Below, in pieces: positions 59,568 to 64,000 of a stretch of 64,000 bases of DNA. Under the pieces are notes generated by a model, which saw only the letters and a program-made list of their open reading frames with translations, was not told where the DNA came from and ran no database searches. This DNA is from a bacterium (lineage in GTDB: Bacteria; SAR324; XYD2-FULL-50-16; G965216635). Positions within the stretch are counted from its first letter, which is position 1, and the number at the start of each line of letters is the position of its first letter. The position numbers and the translations under genes are program-made. The stretch lies in assembly GCA_965216635.1 (NCBI GenBank), contig OZ244188.1, forward strand, positions 32,001 to 96,000, read 5' to 3'.

Positions 59568-60968
59568 ATGAAAAACACAAATTCCCAAGTTTTAAGGAAA
59601 ACTTTCGCTTTTTCGCTGGTTCGTTTTACTCTGGTTCGTTTTACTTTGGCTCGTTTTACTCTGGTTCGTTTCGTTTTGGTTCGTTTCGTTTTGGCGGCTA
59701 TTCTTATTCCCGCTCTTCTTATAGGAAGTGCCTTTACTTTTGGAGGCAGTAAGCTGCAAGCCCAAGCGAATGGTAGCCCAAATGGTCAGAGTAGCAAACA
59801 GGGATTTTTCGTTGGTATTGTCTATCTAAATGGTTTTAAGGTGGATAGCACAAAAACTGTCACGACCAAAAAAGACACTATTGCAAGCTATAAAAGAAAA
59901 GGCTATTCAGCAGTCACATCGGAGATAATAGCTGATGCTAGTACCTTTTGGGATGATACTGCTCCTTTTGGTTTGTCCCATTCCAATGGAATAGAAGCTC
60001 TTCTTAAAAAGAGTTGTGAAGAAATGACCACAGAAGCCGTATCGGTTGAAGCGGATGGTAGAACTTATTTTTATGGACGTGAGTCACTATTTTCTTTTGA
60101 TGCAGGCACAAGTAGAGGCGAAGGAACTAGTGTAACTACCACAGGTGATGGATCTGGCACGGTATCTAATAACTTTCCTTCGGGAAATGGAAATAACGGA
60201 CAAGACACTAATTATTGTTACAGTTATTTTTACGGTGATGCTTCCGCACCTCGTACCATTTTTGTTGATTCTGATTACTCTGAATACAAAGTGACTGAAG
60301 ATTCAGCGCCAGTTTCTCAGGTTACAAACTCCTCATCCAGCAAGGGCGATAGCATCTCAGGTATTGGTCTGCAATTCAGCTTTAGGTGGGAAAAATGGAG
60401 AGCCTCTCTGACCCATTTTACTGGCTCTGGTGGGGCTAACGAGCTCACCAATACACTAGTTATGGCGGATTATTTTGTCAACAAGGATTTTTTTGTAGGG
60501 GGCGGTCTAGCGAGTATGAAGCTCCAAAATAGTCAGACCAGCGGCTCTGCCACAAGTCCCGCGATTCAGATCGGCTATAAGAAGAACTTAACCCCCAACC
60601 TATTCTTTAATTTTGGCTTGACGAAGTACATCTCGGGTGTTTCTCTAAGCCATACGACTTACGCTAATAATCAGACTGCTCCTACTACTGGCATCATTTT
60701 TAAAAAACAGACTAAAGATGGTGATTCAGCAGTGGTTGGTGCTAGAATAAAGTATGGTGTGGTATCAACACAAGTTTTTAGTGCCCGTGTCCAGCTAGAT
60801 AATAATGGAGTATTCAAACGTGATACTAGAACACGAGTAACCCAAGTCTACAGCAGAACTGTAAATATAGAAGAGATCCTAAAGCCAGCAACAGAAACAA
60901 CCACCAAAAGCGATGCCGAACTCAAAGCACCACTCGTCATCAGCCTCTCCTTCCACTTGAGTTTTTAA
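59568..60968 (+). CDS. Outer-membrane beta-barrel protein, variable family copy 5
   Basis: Start MKNTNSQ (matches copy 6), LQAQ, GFFVG, GLQFSF...KWRASL...ADYFV...FFVGGG...QIGY, terminal ISLSFHLSF. Confidence 0.85.
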   Translation: MKNTNSQVLRKTFAFSLVRFTLVRFTLARFTLVRFVLVRFVLAAILIPALLIGSAFTFGGSKLQAQANGSPNGQSSKQGFFVGIVYLNGFKVDSTKTVTTKKDTIASYKRKGYSAVTSEIIADASTFWDDTAPFGLSHSNGIEALLKKSCEEMTTEAVSVEADGRTYFYGRESLFSFDAGTSRGEGTSVTTTGDGSGTVSNNFPSGNGNNGQDTNYCYSYFYGDASAPRTIFVDSDYSEYKVTEDSAPVSQVTNSSSSKGDSISGIGLQFSFRWEKWRASLTHFTGSGGANELTNTLVMADYFVNKDFFVGGGLASMKLQNSQTSGSATSPAIQIGYKKNLTPNLFFNFGLTKYISGVSLSHTTYANNQTAPTTGIIFKKQTKDGDSAVVGARIKYGVVSTQVFSARVQLDNNGVFKRDTRTRVTQVYSRTVNIEEILKPATETTTKSDAELKAPLVISLSFHLSF

Positions 60969-60997
60969 GAAAAAAAAACTGCAGGAACATTTTACAT

Positions 60998-61102
60998 GTA
61001 GAGACGCCCTACAGGGCATCTTATATGATGTGCATAAACCACAAAAAGCTGTTTTTAATAAACGTTCTAAATTTATGAGACGCCCATATAGGACGTCTCT
61101 AC
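60998..61102. repeat. REPIN/BIME-like unit: inverted pair of GTAG-REP hairpins
   Basis: GTAGAGACGCCC-TACA-GGGCATCT ... GAGACGCCC-ATATA-GGACGTCTCTAC. Confidence 0.8.
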
Positions 61103-61154
61103 AGACCTACATAAAATAAAAAATACCTCCCCGCAACGCATTTGTTTTTTTTAT

Positions 61155-61429
61155 TTGCTTTTAAGGTGTTTTTCTGTAATTCTAATAAAGAACAGCTAGA
61201 AACAGAAAAAAACTGCCAATAGCCAAAAAATAGCTTGACAAAAAATGATTTTTTTGCAATTCTTCTTTATAAAGAATAAGCAGTAAAAATAAAAAACTGC
61301 CAATAGCCAATAAATAGCTTGACAAAAAATGATTTTTCTGCAATTCTTCTATAAAGAATAAGCAGTAAAAATAAAAAACTGCCAATAGCCAATAGAATAT
61401 TGACAAGAATTTTTTTTTTCTGTTACTTT
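61155..61429 (+). promoter_or_regulatory. Tandem array of four sigma70-like promoter units upstream of OMP copy 6
   Basis: TTGCTT 61155, TTGACA 61235, 61319, 61400; first three have 17 bp then AATTCT; last has 18 bp including T10 then TACTTT; all with TGN. Confidence 0.55.
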
Positions 61430-61464
61430 TTAATTTAATACTAACATTTTCATTACAAATAATT

Positions 61465-62820
61465 ATGAAAAACACAAATTCCCAAGTTTTAAGGAAAACT
61501 TTCGCGGTTCGTTTTACTTTGGCTCGTTTCGTTTTGGCGGCTATTCTTATTCCCGCTCTTCTTATAGGAAGTGCCTTTACTTTTGGAGGCGGGAATCTGC
61601 AAGCCCAAGCGAATGGTAGCCCAAATGGTCAGAGCAGCAAGCAGGGATTTTTCGTTGGTATTGTCTATCTAAATGGTTTTAAGGTAGATAGCACAAAAAT
61701 CACAAAAGCTATCACAAACACTGCTACAGGCTATAGAGTTAAAGACTATTCAGCAATCACATCGGAGATAAAAGCTGACGCTAGTACCTATTTTTATAGA
61801 ACTCAGATTAATGGTTTTTCCCATCACAATGGAATAGAAGCTCTTTTTGAAAAGAGTTGTGAAGAAATGATCACAGGAGCCGTATCGGCTTCAGCGGATG
61901 GTAGAGCTTACTCTTATGCGTCAAATTCACTGATTTCTTTTGATGCAGGCACAAGTATAGGCGAAGGAACTAGTGTGACTACCGCAGGTGATGGACCTGG
62001 CACGGTATCTAATAAATTCCCTTCGGGATTTGGAAATAATGGAGATGACACTAATTATTGTTACAGTTATTTTTACGATGTTGCTTCCGCAGCTCGTAGA
62101 ATTCCTACTTTTTCTGCTTACTCTACTGACAAAGTGACTGAAGATTCAGCGCCATATTCTCTGGTTACAAACTCCTCGTCCAGCAAAGGCGATAGCATCT
62201 CAGGTATTGGTCTGCAATTCAGCTTTAGGTGGGAAAAATGGAGAGCCTCTCTGACCCATTTTACTGGCAAAGGTGGAGCTAATGAGCTCACCAATACACT
62301 AGTAATGGCGGATTATTTTGTAAACAAGGATTTTTTTGTAGGAGGTGGTCTAGCGAGTATGAAGCTCCAAAATAGTCAGACCAGCGGCTCTGCCACAAGT
62401 CCCGCGATTCAGATCGGCTATAAAAAGAACTTAACCCCTAACCTATTCTTTAATTTTGGCTTGACAAAGTATATCTCTGGAGTTTCTCTAAGCCATACGA
62501 CTTACGCTAAGAATCAGACTGCTCCTACTCCTACTGGCATCACTTTTTTAGATTATGACAAACAGACCAAAGAAGGTGATTCAGCAGTGGTTGGTGCCTA
62601 TATTAGGGGTGCACCATCACAAGTTTTTTTTTCCCGTTACTATGTAGATAATGGAACATTCAAACGTGATACTAGAACAAAAGTAACCCAAGTCCACAGC
62701 AGAACTGTAAATATAGAAGAAATCTTAAAGCCAGTAGAAGCAACAGAAACAACCACCAAAACCGACGCCGAAATCAAAGCACCACTCGTCATCAGCCTCT
62801 CCTTCCACTTGAGTTTTTAA
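61465..62820 (+). CDS. Outer-membrane beta-barrel protein, variable family copy 6
   Basis: Tandem paralog of copy 5; core nearly identical, inserts divergent. Confidence 0.85.
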   Translation: MKNTNSQVLRKTFAVRFTLARFVLAAILIPALLIGSAFTFGGGNLQAQANGSPNGQSSKQGFFVGIVYLNGFKVDSTKITKAITNTATGYRVKDYSAITSEIKADASTYFYRTQINGFSHHNGIEALFEKSCEEMITGAVSASADGRAYSYASNSLISFDAGTSIGEGTSVTTAGDGPGTVSNKFPSGFGNNGDDTNYCYSYFYDVASAARRIPTFSAYSTDKVTEDSAPYSLVTNSSSSKGDSISGIGLQFSFRWEKWRASLTHFTGKGGANELTNTLVMADYFVNKDFFVGGGLASMKLQNSQTSGSATSPAIQIGYKKNLTPNLFFNFGLTKYISGVSLSHTTYAKNQTAPTPTGITFLDYDKQTKEGDSAVVGAYIRGAPSQVFFSRYYVDNGTFKRDTRTKVTQVHSRTVNIEEILKPVEATETTTKTDAEIKAPLVISLSFHLSF

Positions 62821-63708
62821 AAAAAAAAAACTACAGGAACATTTTTGTAGAGACGCCCTACAGGGCGTCTTATATGATGTGCATAAACCACAAAAAGCTG
62901 TTTTTAATAAACGTTCTAAATTTATGAGACGCCCATATAGGACGTCTTATATGATGTGCATAAACCACAAAAAGCTGTTTTTAATAAACGTTCTAAATTT
63001 ATGAGACGCCCATATAGGACGTCTCTACAGACCTACATAAAATAAAAAATACCTCCCCGCAACGCATTTGTTTTTTCTCTTTATATCTTTTAAATTGTAG
63101 GGGATGTTTTTAAGAAAATTGTAGGGGATGTTTTTAAGAAAAAAAACTGCAGGAACATTTTTGTAGAGACGCCCTACAGGGCGTCTTATATGATGTGCAT
63201 AAACCACAAAAAGCTGTTTTTAATAAACGTTCTAAATTTATGAGACGCCCATATAGGACGTCTTATATGATGTGCATAAACCACAAAAAGCTGTTTTTAA
63301 TAAACGTTCTAAATTTATGAGACGCCCATATAGGGCGTCTCTACAGACCTACATAAAATAAAAAATACCTCCCTGAAACGCATTTGTTTTTTCTCTTTAT
63401 ATCTTTTAAATTGTAGGGGATGTTTTTAAGAAAATTGTAGGGGATGTTTTTAAGAAAAAAAAACTGCAGGGAACATTTTTATAATAGCATAACATGTAGA
63501 GACGCCCTACAGGGCGTCTTATATGATGTGCATAAACCACAAAAAGCTGTTTTTAATAAACGTTCTAAATTTATGAGACGCCCATATAGGACGTCTCTAC
63601 AGACCTACATAAAATAAAAAATACCTCCCCGCAACGCATTTGGTTTTTCTCTTTATATCTTTTAAATTGTAGGGGATGTTTTTAACAAAAAAAAACTACA
63701 GGTAACAT
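62821..63708. repeat. Nested tandem array of REP/BIME-like units
   Basis: Large units start with GTAGAGACGCCC at 62847, 63163, 63496; internal period about 77 bp; linkers carry GTAGGGGATGTTTTTAA; spacers identical. Confidence 0.9.
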
Positions 63709-63793
63709 TAATACGTTTGCTCTACTACTTGTAATGTTTGCTTTAGAAGTTTTTCCTTCAAGAATAAGTTCAACACCCACCTCTAAAAACAGG

Positions 63794-63988
63794 TTAAACC
63801 CTAACCTTTTCTACAATAAAAGGATTATCTAAAGTTTGTCTGCTAAAATAATCTAGCATACTCAAAGGGTCAGCTCCTATTCCTTTTCTCTCTCTTTCTT
63901 CTTTAATAATAGGTCTATTGGGGTCTGGTATTCTAGCTAGAAAAAAAGGAAATAAATATTTACTCTCATAGATTTTATTTTTATCCAT
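63794..63988 (-). CDS. Small hypothetical protein
   Basis: 64-aa ATG-started ORF with no recognised motif. Confidence 0.4.
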   Translation of the reverse strand: MDKNKIYESKYLFPFFLARIPDPNRPIIKEERERKGIGADPLSMLDYFSRQTLDNPFIVEKVRV

Positions 63989-64000
63989 AAAATTATCTAT

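Noticed and set aside
61182..61475. 97-aa hydrophobic repeat ORF on the minus strand
   Set aside because: Better explained as the antisense of the A-rich promoter-like repeat, and it overlaps the OMP start; not fully excluded.
63025..63207. 60-aa ORF
   Set aside because: Lies entirely in the REP array.
62821..63708. CRISPR array
   Set aside because: Sequences between the palindromes are identical, not unique spacers, and no cas genes are in the window.

Overview
AT-rich bacterial chromosomal window; SAR324/deltaproteobacterial-like and possibly host-associated is only a guess. Most of it is housekeeping and metabolism: acs (partial), sucC, leuA, miaB, IHF/HU, putA, ccmC-D-E-G/H, lpdA, argG, serC, a sugar ABC transporter, cinA, moeA, recD, SNF2, greA, htpG and tRNA-Ile2(CAU). 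The main accessory feature is a family of six full-length and one 5'-truncated predicted 8-stranded outer-membrane beta-barrel genes, each with two large variable inserts. Several signs of a diversification or variable-expression system surround them. Two copies have near-identical flanks around very divergent mature regions. One adjacent pair differs mostly by amino-acid-changing substitutions. A microhomology-bounded duplication created a start-less variant cassette. Two copies have tandem promoter arrays upstream, and GTAG-led REP-like repeats sit only beside these genes. About 20 intergenic copies or fragments of a modular MITE are present, four with clean 5-bp target-site duplications. 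There are also many in-frame 15-18-bp microduplications and a decayed relBE pair. I found no CRISPR array, transposase, reverse transcriptase or integrase. All calls are by eye from motifs; no database searches were run.
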